In this document: positions 25,599 to 42,056 of the stretch, one piece after another
Layout: the number at the start of each line of letters is the position of its first letter
Numbering within the stretch: the stretch's first letter is position 1
NCBI RefSeq assembly: GCF_009914755.1
Contig: NC_060932.1
Source: the human T2T-CHM13v2.0 reference genome, Homo sapiens
DNA: 64,000 nucleotides
Direction: 5' to 3' (one strand)
The notes under the pieces: model-generated
What the model was told of the DNA's origin: nothing
What the model saw: only the letters and a program-made list of their open reading frames with translations
Database searches by the model: none
Translations under genes and position numbers: made by a program

Positions 25599-26565
25599 GT
25601 TTGTCATTTTATCTACCTCTGGTCTTTGGTGATGGTGACATACAGATGGGGTTTTGGTGTGGATGTCCTTTTTGTTTGTTAGTTTTCCTTCTAACAGTCA
25701 GCACCCTCAGCTGCAGGTCTGTTGGAGTTTGCTGGAGGTCCATTCCAGACCCTGTTTGCCTGGGTATCACCAGCGGAGGCTGCATAACAACAAATGTTGC
25801 TGCCTAACCCTTCCTCCAGAAGCTTCATCTCAGAGCGCACCCAGCCTTATGAGGTGTCAGTCAGCCCCCTACTGGGAGGTGCCTCCCAGTTAGGCTACTC
25901 GGGGGTCAGGGACCCACTTGAGGAGGCAGTCTGTCCATTCTCAGATCTCAAACTCTGTGCTGGGAGAAGCTATCAGACAGGGATGTTTAAGACTGAAGTT
26001 TCTGCTGCCTTTTGTTCAGCTATGCCCGGCCCTTAGTGGTGGAGTCTACAGATGCAGGCAGACCTCCTTGAGCTGTGGTGGGCTCCACCCAGTTCGAGCT
26101 TCCTGGAGGCTTTGTTTACCTACTCAAGCCTCAGCAATGGCGGACGCCCCTCCCCCAGCCTTGCTGCTGCTTTGCAGTTCCATCTCAGACTGCTGTGCTA
26201 GCAGTGAGGGAGTCTCCGTGGGCATAGGACCCTCCCAGCCAGGCACGTGATATGATCTCCTGGTGTGCCATTTGCTAAGGCCGTTGGAAAAGCACAGTAT
26301 TAGGGTGGGAGTGTCCCGATTTTCCAGGTGCCATCTGTCATGGCTTCCCTTTGCTAGGAAAGGGAATTCCCCGACCCCTTGCGCTTCCCGGGTGAGGCGA
26401 TGCGCCGCCCTGCTCCGTGGGCTGCACCCATTTGTCTGGCAAGCCCCAGTTAGAGGAACCCGGTACCTCAGATGGAAATGCAGAAATCACCCCTCTTCTG
26501 CGTCGTTCATGCTGGGAACTGCAGATTGGATCTGTTCCTATTCGGCTATCTTGGCGCCACCCCCC

Positions 26566-26657
26566 ACCAGGATTCTCTTGATCTCCTGACCTCGTGATCT
26601 GCCTGCCTCAGCCTCCCAAAGTGCTGGGATTACAAGCATGAGCCACCGCACCTGGCC
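26566..26657 (-). mobile_element. Alu fragment (5' about 90 bp only) abutting the L1 5' end
   Basis: ttgatctcctgacctcgtgatctgcctgcctcagcctcccaaagtgctgggattaca...cctggcc. Confidence 0.9.
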
Positions 26658-27084
26658 TGATGTGCTAATTTTTTTTCTTCATCATCCCAGAGCTGGCAAA
26701 TAATTGACACTCAATAAATACTCATTAAATAAATTAATTGGGCTGCCACAATTACTTGCTTTGTTTTTGTAGGAGATGCTAGAACAGCTTTTTCCTGCCA
26801 TTTCTATGAATGTCTGAACATATGAATACATTAGTGGTTAGGGAGACTGTAGTGATGCATTGGTCATTCTATTAATTCAGGTCTACACATATTTCTTCAT
26901 CAAAACAAGGCATTAAAAACAACTAAACTTTAGAGTTAGATCACTTGAGGAATCCCAGTTTACCACTGTCTTATAAATCCCAGTTCTTAAGTCCCTCAAT
27001 GCCTAATGTGCTACCAATAGGCATGCAAATAAGTCGGATGACCTTGCACCCCCAGGGTACTGCTTATCAAGAGTTCAAAAAGTT

Positions 27085-27376
<292 letters not shown>

Positions 27377-27513
27377 GTTTGAAAAATTTTGGTGAGATCA
27401 CTTCCCTGCTATCGGCTGCAAACATTAGAGTATAAATTTGTTTTTGAAAACTTGTTAAAAATTGTTGAGAATTTCAAAGATAAAACTGCCATGGAGGTAA
27501 GGCTGTCTCCTGA

Positions 27514-28490
<977 letters not shown>

Positions 28491-29074
28491 ATAAACAAAA
28501 AAATGACTTCTGTTTGTTTGTTACCTCAGGATTGACTGTGGCTCAGGGAAGCAGGGGCGGATTTTGAGGTGTGGCATGTACAACCAAAAGTCTGTATGCT
28601 TGGTGCCAGACCAGGGATCCAGCCTAAGCACCATCAGTTTGGGTTCCTAAATTCTTTAAGTATCTCCCAAAGGCCTTACGTAAAATAACTCTTCCTACAG
28701 TCCCTGGTTCATCAATTACTCTTAGCTGTCATCTGCTCTTTGATCTCCGAGGCTCAGTGACCTTGCCCCAGCGCAGTTCCAGCTGAGGGCATCAGATGGC
28801 TGTCTGCCCTCTCTGGCCCCAGTGACCTCTCTCCATAGTGTGTGTGTCAGTGTCTACACAGTGTGTGTTAATGGCTTTCTTGACATGAGGCTTCCCCTTC
28901 CAGCATTTCCCAGAGGGAAAGTGTTCTGCAGGTGAACACTCCAACATCTACTGGTCAGTACAGCCCAGGGACATCTGATTTATTACAAAAAGCTGATGAA
29001 AGAAACTCAATGAGCTAAAGATGATAATTTTTTATTTTTTTTTTTTGAGAAAAGGAAAAAATATGTGATGCTAG

Positions 29075-29305
<231 letters not shown>

Positions 29306-31084
29306 ACACTTCCCATTCTTAAAGCCTCCTCTCAGTGGCCTCAGGCCCATCTCTGCTCCTGTTTATCACTGCCAGGAAACTCCCATTCAGTCTTCCTTCC
29401 TGGCAGTTTTTCCTTACCCTCGGCCACAGCCACCTTCCTCCTGTGTCATTCCCGAAGGCAACCCATTTGCCACGCTGTCCTCCCAGCCATTCTACTTCCC
29501 CATCACAAACACAAAGGTCCCTAGGAAAGACCCCAGGAATTCAACCAGGTGAGCTCCCTCATTGCTCCCTTCACTTCCTCCAAAGGGTCAGTGAGTCCCG
29601 GACCCACCAGCTTGGATGGAGGAAAGGGAAAATCAGATGAGGTCATGCATTCCAAAGCCCAAAATGCATAAGTTATCCCTATTCATTAAACATATGAAAC
29701 CCACTTGATGGACATTAGGGATAGCTGTTCTGCTTTGAGATTCTCAATTTTTCCACATGTTTGTGCCCAGACCCACACAGCAAGCCAGCCAGCCTCAGCC
29801 AGATTCCTGAGGTCTGGGCACCCATGGGGAGGACAGGTCCCCTACGGCTGTCACAGGTGAGCACTGAGCCAGATGGAGCCCGGAAGGTGGGGAGGAGCAG
29901 GACTGAAGTCGAGCGCCACCTCGGCCTCGTGGCCTCAGTCCCCTTCTCTTTAAATCCAGTGAATGGAGGGAAAGCACCAAGGCCCACCTCTGCTCCCAGA
30001 ATGAACTCCTGATGTGACAATGAACACTCTGGCCCTGTTCCTCCTTCCCAACTCTCCTTCACAATCCCTTTGTCAGCCGTCCACACTCCATTCGTATCCT
30101 CTTATTCCCTGAAGAACGCGTGGGCTTCCACACACAGTGCATTTTCTCACTTCTAATCTGTCTCCAACTGAAACTCTACAGATCCTTCAAGATCCATCCA
30201 AATGCCACCTCCTTGGTCAGCCTACTCACTCTTGGATCCCATCATGTCTCCATAAGAAATACAACTGTCACCTTGCCTTTTTTATAGCTTACTGTTTTAA
30301 GTTCCCTGAAGGTAAGGCCTGTGTCTTCTCTATTTCTGTATTTCCACTCTGCTGGACCCAGCACTGCTCACAGCTGGCCCATGGTGGCTGTGCTGAATTT
30401 CATCTCTTTGACCCTTTTCCGCTCCAATAATTATACTTTAATTCTATCAGGCAGATTAACAGAAGACTGCAATATCTCAGTGATGGAGACACCTCCACTC
30501 CATCATGGTTCTGATTGAGTTCCTGAGCTCCATAGCCCTTTCCTTGTTCCTCTCTGGGTGCTTTCTGCTTTCTGCTTTCTGCTTTCTGCTTCCAACCTCA
30601 TCTGATAGTTACTTGTGGCCTTGGTTTGAATGAAAGACCACCATGCTGCATTCTCCCTGGGGGCCACGCAATGTGCCCTGCATCTTTTTGTAGCCCCTGA
30701 GGAATGAGAAAGCACTCTATATCTTCCAGGCCTTCGTAAATGATTAAAGATCCAGGGCCCCATTCCCTGCCCAAGGGTCCTGTGTCTGGCATCCTTAATC
30801 CCCCACTCCCATCTCCAAAGTCATGGGTGGTACCTGGGGCATCATGAGAAACTCTGTGTGCCCTAGGAAAAACAGAGCAAAGATCTTCTTTCTTCCTTCT
30901 CTTTCCCCGTGCCTAGGCAAGAAGTCTGTGGTCAAATACCATTAGCTGAATTATCACTGATAATTACTATGTGTGTAACATTCCTTACAGTTTACAGAGT
31001 TTTAGCCAATAAACATTACATGCCCACTTTGTGTCAGTCAGCATGTTAAATGCTGAAAATGATTCAGAGTTTCTGCCCCTATGG

Positions 31085-31260
31085 AGATCATGCATTTCAT
31101 TTTAGTTTTATAAAACCCTATGAAGCAATTGAGGTAGGTATTATTTTCCTCATGTTACAGACGGTAAAACTGAGGCTCAAGTGAGTAAGTAAATTTTCCA
31201 AATAAGAAAATGAGACAGATGGGAAGAGATGTCCACCCAGACTTGACCCTAAACTCTGTC
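31085..31260 (-). mobile_element. MIR
   Basis: Core ttacagacggtaaaactgaggctca. Confidence 0.7.
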
Positions 31261-33157
31261 CTCCTTCTGCCATGGCATGAAGCATTTTGATGGGCAGGAG
31301 AGGGCAGCCCAATGTTCCTACACTCTTCTCACAGATCCTGAGCAAGATCAGCCCAAAACAAAAATTTAGAAACTTACAAGAGTGTTTTCAGGCTGGCCTC
31401 TCTCTGGCTATGCCCCTCGGGGATCCTCTGCAGCATCCCTAGGAGGCCCTGTCCTCTTCGGATGGCATTGTGTCCAGCTCCACTACCAGCCTGGGTACAC
31501 CTGCCTACAGTGTGAGGAGACGAACAGGCATTTAGCCAGTGCCAGAAACCCCAGCCCAGCACCCGCCCTCACACAGGCTGTGAACTCTCTGTCCTCCACA
31601 CCATCGTGTGCATGCTCCACCCTGCTAAGTCACAGATATGGAGCCTGTGTGACGAGTCAGCCTGTCACTTCCTTCCCAGGAATTATCCAGAGGACCTCAG
31701 CAATCTTTCCTACAGGACAATCTTAACAACTCCTAGGAATCATGTGGAGCAGACAGGGCCTTATAATAGCCCACAAATTACTGTCCATCTAAGCATAGGA
31801 CAAACCGCAGTACGTGGCTCCAGTTTATCAGTATGAAATCCATTAGGCACCAAATGAAAATTACTATATGGGGAAAGCATTGCTGTCCCCTCTAGAGACA
31901 AAAGGATAGAATAGGCAGAGACAGGCGACAGGCAGGCTGAGCCACAGACCTCCATGCATAGACCAAGTTCACTCCAAGTTCATGCACATTCAAGACATTC
32001 AAGGTCCTCACAGGATAGAGTTTGAAGCTGATGCTTCACAGAAGGAAGAACAGGCATGAAGCCACTGCTGTTAGACAGAGGAAAGAAACCTGAGCTAAGG
32101 AGGCCTCAAGAAATCTGAGGGCCAGCCTGGCTCCATCACTGACTGGCTGTGTGGCCCTGGCCATGTGACAGCCTCTCAGCCCCTGCATGGCCGGCCCAGC
32201 AATAAAACATGCAGTTTGTCTGTGACAATGCTAAAATAAAATATCTAAACCTGAAATTCTAGTAGTCTAAGATTCTATGTTTTGGGGGTAGGGGGAGATT
32301 ATGCAAGTTAAAGGACAGCATTATTTTACACAAATTACGCCCACACCAGTCTAGCCCCAAATAACATTATTTACCGTATCTGGGCCAGAACGCTCAATGT
32401 GCCCTAGTGGTTCCCTCTTCCTGGACGCTGTTACCATCCTTTAAAGTCACCTCTTCCATGAAAGATGAGGCCCACTTTTTCTTGATTATTCTATCCTTTG
32501 AATTCCCGTGAGCACTTTTATCCTGCGTAGGGTCTGTGAGATAAAGAGGAGGATCAAATATATGGTGTATGTGGCCACTGGAAGGAACCAGTTCCCAGGG
32601 GAAGTCCAACATCCTGGGTCCCAGATGAAACTTCTTATGTAGTCAGACTACAACTGGGACATGTGAAGGAAGTACAGCTTTTATTTGGTCTAATCTGAAC
32701 TAAGGGGGTCTTTCTCTTCCATCACGCTTTTGCAGGAAAATCTATTTCAACTTGTCATGCTTTGATAGCTTGAGGGAAGAATTTCCCTAGGTATATCTCA
32801 TCTTTGCCAAATGGAAGGAGCTTTGTCTACTTCTAGAAGAGCTCAGGAAGGTACAATTATCATAATAGGTGGAGAGTTTGGTGATGCTGTATAACTCCTC
32901 CAAGGAACTGCAGCGTTATTCAAAGTTTCTTCCACCCATTCATCCACTCAAGCACACACCCAAAATGATCCCCATTTTGTCATTGTCTGTGGTGCATGGA
33001 TGGAGCCTGCTGGTTCACAACTACTAGAGGCAGGATTGAAGATGCTGTCTTCAAACAGCTCCTCAGATTCTGTTGCATGGCCAAGTTTGGAAACCACTAT
33101 CTGAGTATTGTTTCCAAAGACCATTTATGGTCATATTGGTGATCTACGGAGAGGAGC

Positions 33158-33355
33158 AGCTGGTGGTGTGCTGGTAAATGTTTATGAATAGTTCTCCCAG
33201 GAACCAGCCCTGATGTGAAGCATTTTCCATTGCTGTGGCGCAAATGCTCCCACCACAACTGATTTCAGGCTACCCACCCATGGAACATATAGTGGGGAGA
33301 GAGGCACACCACTGGCTCTGGCAAGTGGCTGCATCCTGGCTCCCGCATACCCTGG
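33158..33355. mobile_element. hAT DNA transposon (MER63-like)
   Basis: Terminal ggtgtgctggtaaatgtttat and ggctcccgcataccctg ends. Confidence 0.5.
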
Positions 33356-35934
33356 GGAGTGTTCAAGGACTCCCTTTGAGATTCCCCGGCTTGTGAGGTA
33401 TGAGGGAAGGAGTCATCCTGGAAGCTAACATGAAGCCAAAAGAGTCAATGGAAGAGCCAGTTACAGATGATGGCTCCAAGATTGAGGCACAACATCTGGG
33501 GTTTGTAATTTCCCCTTTTTCTATTTAATATGCTATTATCATCTTGATGTCTCCTTAATGTAATGTTGTTTATATATACAGATAATATAAATAACAGTAG
33601 CTTAAAGAAGACTGGGATGTATGTTTATATTAGGCAAAAGAAGTCCAGTAAAGGGCATTCCATAATGGATTTGGCAGCTGGTCAGAGACCCATTCTCCGT
33701 CTGTGCTTCCTTACAGCCATCCCTAGCAAGGGTGTTTTTTTGCCCTTTGTAGTCACAGGATGGCTGCTGGAGCTCCAGCCATCCTACCTCTGTTCCAGGA
33801 AGAAAGAAAGGAAACATTAAAGGGCAGAAGGAGATTTCCTAGAAGTTTCACCCAAGATCTTCCATTTAATTTTATTTTAAAAACTGTCACAGGACCACAC
33901 AGCATTGTGGCTGGAAAATGTAGCTCTTTAGTAGGACACATTGCTTTCTTGAATTAAATCTAGGTTTGATTGATAAGGAAGAAAGGGAAAATGATTATTA
34001 AGTTGCTCTTTCTCAATCCCAGTCATAAGATACTAGTTCAGAAGAAAAGATAATGACCACCAATAGCCAGGAGAAGAAAAGGGCTCAACACCCAGGACTT
34101 GGTTTACTCCTTAGCATGTGCCAGCATGCCCTGGTGATGAGTTAGTGGCCAAGCACCTAGGAGAAACTACAGGTGCCTTATGAGCTCCTGCAGGCGCCAT
34201 GCCTGCTGAGCAATTTCCGTCCAGTTACTCTGTCCAGCAACTCATCCATCAGGTTTGAAACCCTAAATATCTCCACCTCTCCCCCTTTAGAACAACAAGG
34301 CATTGTACAATTGGAGGCTATTTGAATGAAATAGTTTTATTTTTTATTTTTAAAGCATTTGATTTGTCAATTTTTTTAAATAACCTACAAAAGGAGCACA
34401 ACTTAACAAAGTGAAAGGGATCTCTTCCCCTTGGCTTTAGATAGATTTATTTCACACTGGCTCCAAACAGGTCAGATGCTATCAGGTGGAGACAGAAGCA
34501 GCACAGAGCACTGGCAGGGGATGCTGCCCCTGGAAGAAGCCAGCAGCTCTCATGCCTGCAGGATCTGGCAGGGCTGCTTTCCTGAAGAGGGTGAGGACAG
34601 CACAGACCTGGGGCAGAGAAACCTTTGGTCTGACCAAAGGTTTCTGGTCCAAAGACCTGGTCCAATTGGAGAAGAGTATTTAACGTCCCCGAAGCCCTCT
34701 TCTGTAAATGGAGATGACAATTCCACCTGGTAGAATTAAATTACACAATATATATAAATTCCTTCTGCAGAATAGAGTGCATAGGGAATTTGTGAAAGGT
34801 CTTCTTATAATGATTGAATGATGGGGAATGAGTTGACAAAGGAAATGCAGGGGTCAGTCATGTCTGCGAGGTCTTTTGTGCATGCTGTTTTCCGCCTCTG
34901 TAGAGAAGCAACATTTATATTGACTTGTTTGGGGTCCAGATGATGCCATGAAAAAAGGCATCCTTGTGTTGGTCAAGAAAAGATCACTAAAAGGATGTTT
35001 TCTTTGACTAACCTTGTTTCCCTAATCTAATTAAAGCAATTGAGCTATTTAGTCATTATACACCCTCTGTATTCTGATTGGGCCTTGGGGACAATGAGCA
35101 GATAGAGGGAGATCCCTTCCTTCTTTTTTCCTCTCCCCATGCTTGTGGAGCTGGAGCTGTCAAGAAGCAGGAGGGTGTCTCTGGAGGAGGTGGAGCACTC
35201 TACCAGGGCCATCTAGGGCTGGGAGCACTACCCTAGACCCACCCTGGCCAGCCCATGCCTCTGAGGGTCCTCACACAGACCCTCTGTTTCCTGCCTCGTG
35301 TTCTCATCTGGGCTCTCCTCTCAAAGCTGGACAAACACTTCCTGTGAGGAAGGCAATCCCTACTTCCCAAGCTCTACTCAGATGGGAAACCCTACTGTAC
35401 CCCCAACCGATTCCATCCATCCTCAGATTGAAGAGTTGCTATTAGTGAACCAGCCAGAACAGGGGATTGGGACGGGTGATTGGGGCCATTTCCTTCCCTA
35501 ATTGCAGCACTCAAATACATGGTCCTTGTTTCCTCATGAGTGTAATACATTGAAATGGGCAAGTAGGCAGAGAAGGAGGTGAAACAACGCTCTGGGGTGT
35601 GTGTGGTGGGTGTATGTACAGTGGGAGCACTGAGAATTTGTCTCTGTGGGTTCTGAGCAGCTTCCTGGATCCATCCATCATCGATTAGTTGATGGTCAGT
35701 CCCAGATGGAGTGAGAGGCAAGGCATCATCAGTCTGCCCTGTTCCCCATGCTTTCATAATCCCTTGTCTAGAGGGAAAGTTCAATCTTTTTCCTCTTTAA
35801 ATTATATCTGCATATTTACTGAATAGATTAGATGTTCACATGGTTCAATATTTCAAAGGCACCAGAGTATACAGTGAAAAACTTCTTCCTCACCTTAATT
35901 CCCAATGACCTTAAGTATTCCCAGTTCCCTCTGA

Positions 35935-36250
<316 letters not shown>

Positions 36251-36935
36251 TCCTGGGCATTCTTTCAGGTATATTTACATATTTTTTCTCACTTGTTAGT
36301 CACCATGGCATTGTAGCTTTAGGTTAATTGCAAGTAGGTGCTTGCTGGAGCCAGGGTGAGTCCCTGACCCTTCCCTGTCCCTCACTCTTGGTGCCACCTG
36401 AAGGGCTGCATGGGGACTGTCATTTCCAGGTCGGTAACATGGTGGGCTTAGCCAAGCCCTCTGGCTCAGGATCTCTCACTGGCCGCAATCGGGGGAAGCC
36501 AGAGAAGCATCCACTGCATGCTAACTCAAGTAGCAGTCTGCAGGTTGCAGGTCCTCAATGGCTGCTGGCCATAGACATCAGTTTCTTGCCACTTGGGCCT
36601 GTCCACAGGGCCACCCTCAGAGTGAGCACGGATACAGTCAAGAGAGAGCAAGATGGAAGCCACAGTTTGTATCCTGGTCTTAGAAGTGACATCGCTCACC
36701 TTCACATGAGGTTGTAAACTCCAAAAGGCCAGGGTCATTGGAGGCCACTGTAGAGTATCCCACAGTAGTTCTAAAAAGAATGTATTTTAATGCTTGTGTA
36801 GTGTTCCATGCACCATCATTATTTAACCTCATCTTCATTGATTGGCATTTAGTTTTTATTATAAAAATGCTTTAATAAACATCATTTCACAAATATCCAT
36901 GGTATCTGTGGGAAAAATTCCAGGTATTAAAATAA

Positions 36936-37060
36936 TTTTTTTTTTGAGACAGAATCTTGTTTTGTTTCCCAGACTGGGCTTGAACTACCGAGTTTAAGTA
37001 CTCCTTCTGCATCTGCCTCTCGAGTAGCTGAAATGACAGGTGTGTGCATCGCCGGCCCTG
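36936..37060 (-). mobile_element. Alu monomer (FLAM-like)
   Basis: tttgagacagaatcttg...gagtagctgaaatgacagg. Confidence 0.7.
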
Positions 37061-38094
37061 GTATATAGGTGAAGTTTTTGATTCCCTCTTTTCCCTCATG
37101 TCCACCCAATCCATCAGGACATCCCATGCTTCTAGCCCCAGAGTGAGTCTCCAGGGCCTGCTCCTCAGTAAGACTCAGGAAGGTGTGGAGCCCGGTCCGC
37201 CTCCACCTCGCTCTCCACACCCCGTCACCAACTCTCTGAGACACACACCTGTCTGCAGCATCCTCACGCAGGCCCTCTGTTTCCTGCCTCTTGTTCTCAT
37301 CTGGGCTCTCCTTTCATAGCTGGACAAATACTAACTCATGCATCACCACCTCCAGGAAACCTGTGTGGATTTCCTGGGCTAAATTTCCCCATCAGGGTCC
37401 CATGATATCTCGTGCAGGGCTATATCTTCAACACGGATGCTGTTTCAGAATGACTGCTGGCGTGTCTGTCCCTGTCTCCCTATAGCCCGAGAGCTCCCTG
37501 GGGACAGAAGTCTCCCCTGTTTCTCTGAAGCTCTAGTGCCTCAAGTGGGTGCCTCGTGCCAGGTCACTGCACTCTGATGGTCAATACATGAAGAATGGAT
37601 TAAATATGCCCCAGTGGCAGTCATTTAAAGTAGAATTTTCTGTCATATTTGGGACAAATAAAAGGAACGGTCAGTTCTGAATATTATGCCCCCACCTGCT
37701 GCGAAGTGTAATTTTATTCCTGGAGTTTGCCCCCTTGGGTTCCACATCTTTTTCAGACAGTGTTGGGGCACAGATGTGGCCACCTGAGAGCTGCTGAACT
37801 TTCATCCTTTCCAGGTACTCCGCCAGCAGCCTTGTGTCAGTGAGACCCTTAAGGGTCCTTCGTCCCTAGGCTGAGTCACAGAGTCCATGGCTGGCTCTTT
37901 TCTGGACCTGGATAACCTGGCCTTCCCCAAGGCCTCTCCAAGGGCTGTCCCCTCATGGCCAGCTGTGGGGGACAGAAATGCAGGTTGCCTCAGCAGCCAT
38001 CACAGCCTGTTCCCCTCGGGATAAAGAGACTGATGGTGACCCCTGTGAACCAAAATTCTAAGGGTCAGCATAGTGAGGAGTGGTAGGAAAGGTG

Positions 38095-38295
38095 TGGACT
38101 GAATTCCATTTAGGTGGGTTTGCGATTGACCCTCCTAACTCTGTCCACCCTTGCTATGTGACACTGAGCAAGTAGCTCAACCTCTCTAAGCCACTGTTTA
38201 TTTACTTGTAGAACAGGCATCAAAGAGACCTGCCCCAGGGGACTGCTGAGGTGATTCAGTGAATAATGATCCTGGAAATGCCTGGTGTGGTGTCC
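38095..38295 (+). mobile_element. MIR
   Basis: tatgtgacactgagcaagtagctcaacctctctaagcc. Confidence 0.65.
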
Positions 38296-39589
38296 AGGAA
38301 AGGAAAGCCCAGCCCAGCCCCCACCACCTCACAGAGCCTTAGTCCCTCAGAACACTCTTCCACTCCTTCAGAGCATACTGTCCAGGTTGTGGTTTTATAC
38401 TCACTGGAGTTAGCCCCATTCTCAGCCCCAAGTATCTAGTTTCCATACTAGACCATGAGCTCTGAGAGCTGGGACCATTTTGAGCACAGTTTTGATCACT
38501 GCCTAACCACAGGGCACTCAACAAATATATGTGGACTTGACAAATGCTGGTTCCCTTCCCTTGATGGCCTTGACTCTTTTCCTTTCCCATCCAAACATCG
38601 CGCACTGGCTATAGAACAATCACACTTCACAGACACGGAGGACTTTCTACCTGCCATTGTTCCAGTACCTCAAACATATCATAGCGAGTCTCCACAGAGC
38701 CCTGGAGGAGGCACTATTGCTCCCACCACACTAACGAGAAAACTGGGAGCTTAAGTAAATTGCCCTAAATCACTCTATTTGTAAGTAGGAAAGCCAGGAT
38801 CCCTGGCCTATTCCAGCCAGAGATCAAGCTTCATTTCCTCTGTAGCTGGTTTCATGGGGTAGGGGGAGTCCACCAATGGGGCAGTGCTGCTGGGGGCAGG
38901 CAGGAGCTGGTCAGCCTTGTCCAGGACACACAGAGCCCAGAGCTGTTGAGCATCACCAGGGTCCCCCAACTAGGGGCTGCCCTAGAGACAGGAAAGTGGC
39001 CCAGAGGCTTTGTCTGATTATCATCACCGGTTCTTCACAGGTAGGTGCCCATCCCGGGCTGGTCCTCCCAAAGGGGGCTTAACCCAACAATTTCCTGGAC
39101 ATGAGCAACATAAATAACCAGGGGACCCCCTCTAACTTCCCAGCCAAGCAATCAGCAGAGCCGCAGGAGCAGTAGCCGAGGTGGCTGTACCCAGCCCCCA
39201 CCCTGGCTTGGCAAGGGGAAAGGAGGGCATGAGACAGCAGCCAGAACTGAATGGAGGCAGGGAAAGCAAGGCTTTTTATTGAGACAAGATCAAGGGAATG
39301 AGCCTGGTGGATCCCAGAAGTCACTGAGCAAGAGCATAGGTCCAGGATGGAAGAGCAGAAAACTCAAGAAGAACACAGCAGTGATCTCACATCACCACCT
39401 GAGGCAGGGGCTTGTCTATGGCTGGGAATGCCTGCTTTCCAGTGTGCCATGTGAGCACACAGCCACCTTAAAAGGACCAGAGATGGATTAGGCCCACGGG
39501 GACAGGGGTAAGAACGAGAGGCAAAGGAACTCCTGAAAATCAGCAGCCACGATGGAAAAGTGGGCAAAGGATAGGGACATGTAATTTAT

Positions 39590-40220
39590 AAAAGATTCCC
39601 CCATATCAAACAAGCATATCAAGAGATGCCCAAATTACAGTAAACAGAAATATACTGTACATTAAGGCAATAATGAAATAATATTTTAAAACCACTCAAC
39701 TGAAAAAATTTAGAAACCTGAATATACGCAAGTGTTGATGAGGATGGGAGGGAATAAAGGAAGTGCCACATTGGTCTTCAAGAGAGAATGTAGCTGCACT
39801 TCTGCAGAAGAATAAACATGTGCCAAATCAAGCACGTTTATTCTGTGACCCAGTTGTTCTACTCCTGGGAATAGTTCTCAAAGAAATTCTCACCTACATC
39901 CATAAGTGGCATATACAAATTTATGCCCTCCAGCTTTGTTTGTACTGGTGGCAATTCAAAAGCAATCCAGAAGAATGAATGCATAAAGTGGTTTTAATCA
40001 ACAATTTGGAGAACTACAAAGCAATAAAAATTGTTAAATGAGTCATACAAAGAGCAAAAGGAATGTGTCTTAAAACACAGTGTTGAGAGAAATGGTTAAA
40101 AAAAACCCAGAATGTAATATATAAAACAACACTATATATAGGCATTAAAAGACACATAATACAAATAAAAAACTCAGCAATATATATTTTGCAAGACCCA
40201 AATGAAAGATACATATTACA
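39590..40220 (+). mobile_element. Old L1ME-like fragment
   Basis: caagtgttgatgaggatg..ctgtgacccagttgttctactcctgggaat. Confidence 0.55.
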
Positions 40221-41209
40221 CATTATTGCCTTTGGGAAGAAGGGAAGTGGGAGTGGTCTATGGAAATAGAAGAGATAAAATTGATCATTAGAAAGATGGG
40301 ATCTTACATGGAGCAATGATCATATTGAGGAATATGAGTAACTCAACCTCTTGTACCTGAAGTAAAAAGCAAAAGCGAAAAACCATGGTGTGCTTGGGAG
40401 CCTTTGCTGGTGTAGGGTGCCTGAGCACAGGGTGGGTGTGAAGCTGTAGGGTGAGGCTGTGGGTGACAATCAAAGGAAGGGTCGTCACTAGGGGCCACAT
40501 ACCTGACATTGTTAAATGATGCAGTCAGACGTGGAGAATGGACAGGCGTGGGGAAACCAGTTACAGTGCCATCGCCATGACTGAGGTGGGGGTTGGCAAG
40601 CTTCTGGTAAGAGCTAGAGAGCAAATATTTGGCCTGAAGACAGTGGCCTGGGGGTACAGGGTATTGGGATCTGGGTCTGGTTGGTGGCAACTGGAAGAGA
40701 AGAAATGGTGCCAGATATGAAAGTTGCCAAGGGGACAGAATTGACCAGACTTGATTCCCAGGTTTTGGGGAACTAGGATGGTGAGTGGGACCATCAACCA
40801 GGACAGAAAATCTGGAAGGAGGGGGAGTGAGCTTGAGGGCAAGAGTTCATTTCTAGACTTGTTGAATGTGAATGCTTGTGCAGCATTGAAGAAACGTCTA
40901 GTGCTGGATATCCAGTGTCCAGCTCTGGAGACCAGAGGAAAAGGTGAGCTTCAAATGCAGATTAGGGCGAGTGGCCAGAATGGCTGGTTGTCCACTGGTA
41001 TTTGTTCACCACTTCCTCCATCCCAGCCAGGATATCTCTGTGCCTGAGGGGAGCCTGCTCCACTCCCAGCTGGAAGGGCCCTGGTTGATTGAGCTGTTCC
41101 ATTCCCCCTGCCATGGTCATTGGTTTGGGATTGGGCATATGATCCAAGAAGTCCAATCAAGGTGAGCCTCAGGACTCCTACGCAATATCCATATTTTACC
41201 AGCTTAATA

Positions 41210-41213
<4 letters not shown>

Positions 41214-41249
<36 letters not shown>

Positions 41250-41265
41250 CTGTGTGTGTGTGTGT
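41214..41265. repeat. (TG)n microsatellite
   Basis: Seen directly. Confidence 0.95.
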
Positions 41266-42003
41266 TGTGAAAGGAAAATAAATCTCAGGACCCCCGAAAT
41301 CACTAAGCCAAAGGGAAAAGCTAAGCTAGGAACTGAGTCAGGCAAACCTGCCTCCCATTTTAGTCCTAAATAAGATAGCTACAAAATATATTTTTTTAAA
41401 GCTACATTCTTCCATCACGATTTGCCCACAAGGAAATTCTTTGTAGATCGCAAGATCTTTACCTGAAAACAGTTCTGTTGAATTTCACCCTGGCAATGTG
41501 AATTGATAGTTTATGTTCACAGGTGTGGGACAAAGGACAGACAGAACTCAAAGTCATCCCTCTGCTCATCTGAGACAAATGCATATCTAATTGCTTCCTC
41601 TGCCTTATTGCTTTTGTAAAGATGCAGATTCACTGAGTCAGATTAAGGCATAAGTGACTATTATTCTATCCCCTCCCACATGTAAATTGTGTATTCAGGG
41701 AAAGGCTGATCAAAGACCTCAAAGAATGCAACCTTAGGTTTCCTGTCCACCTATGACCTAGAAGGCCCCACTTGGAGTTGTCTTGTCTTTCTGCACAGAA
41801 CCAATGTACATCTGATAATATTGGTTGATATCTCATGCCCCCCTCAAATGTAGGAAAACAAGCTGTGCGCCCACTACCTAGGGCATCTGTGGTCAGGACC
41901 TCCTGAGGCTGTGTTATGGGCACACATTTAACCTTGGCAAAAAACAAAAAACAAAAAAACCTTTCCAAATTGATTGAGACCTCTCTCATACTTTTGGATT
42001 TAT
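41266..42003 (+). mobile_element. ERV1 solo LTR, MER4A-like
   Basis: tgtgaaaggaaaataaatctcaggaccccc..gcaaacctgcctcccatttt..aattgattgagacctctctcatacttttgg. Confidence 0.8.

Positions 42004-42007
<4 letters not shown>

Positions 42008-42056
<49 letters not shown>
42008..42056. repeat. (TG)n microsatellite
   Basis: Seen directly. Confidence 0.95.

Noticed and set aside
30560-30590. (GCTTTCT)4 heptamer run
   Set aside because: Ordinary short tandem repeat.
32736-32790. Possible exon (ttttgcag|...ctag|gtat)
   Set aside because: Splice-like signals alone are common; there is no supporting frame or homology.
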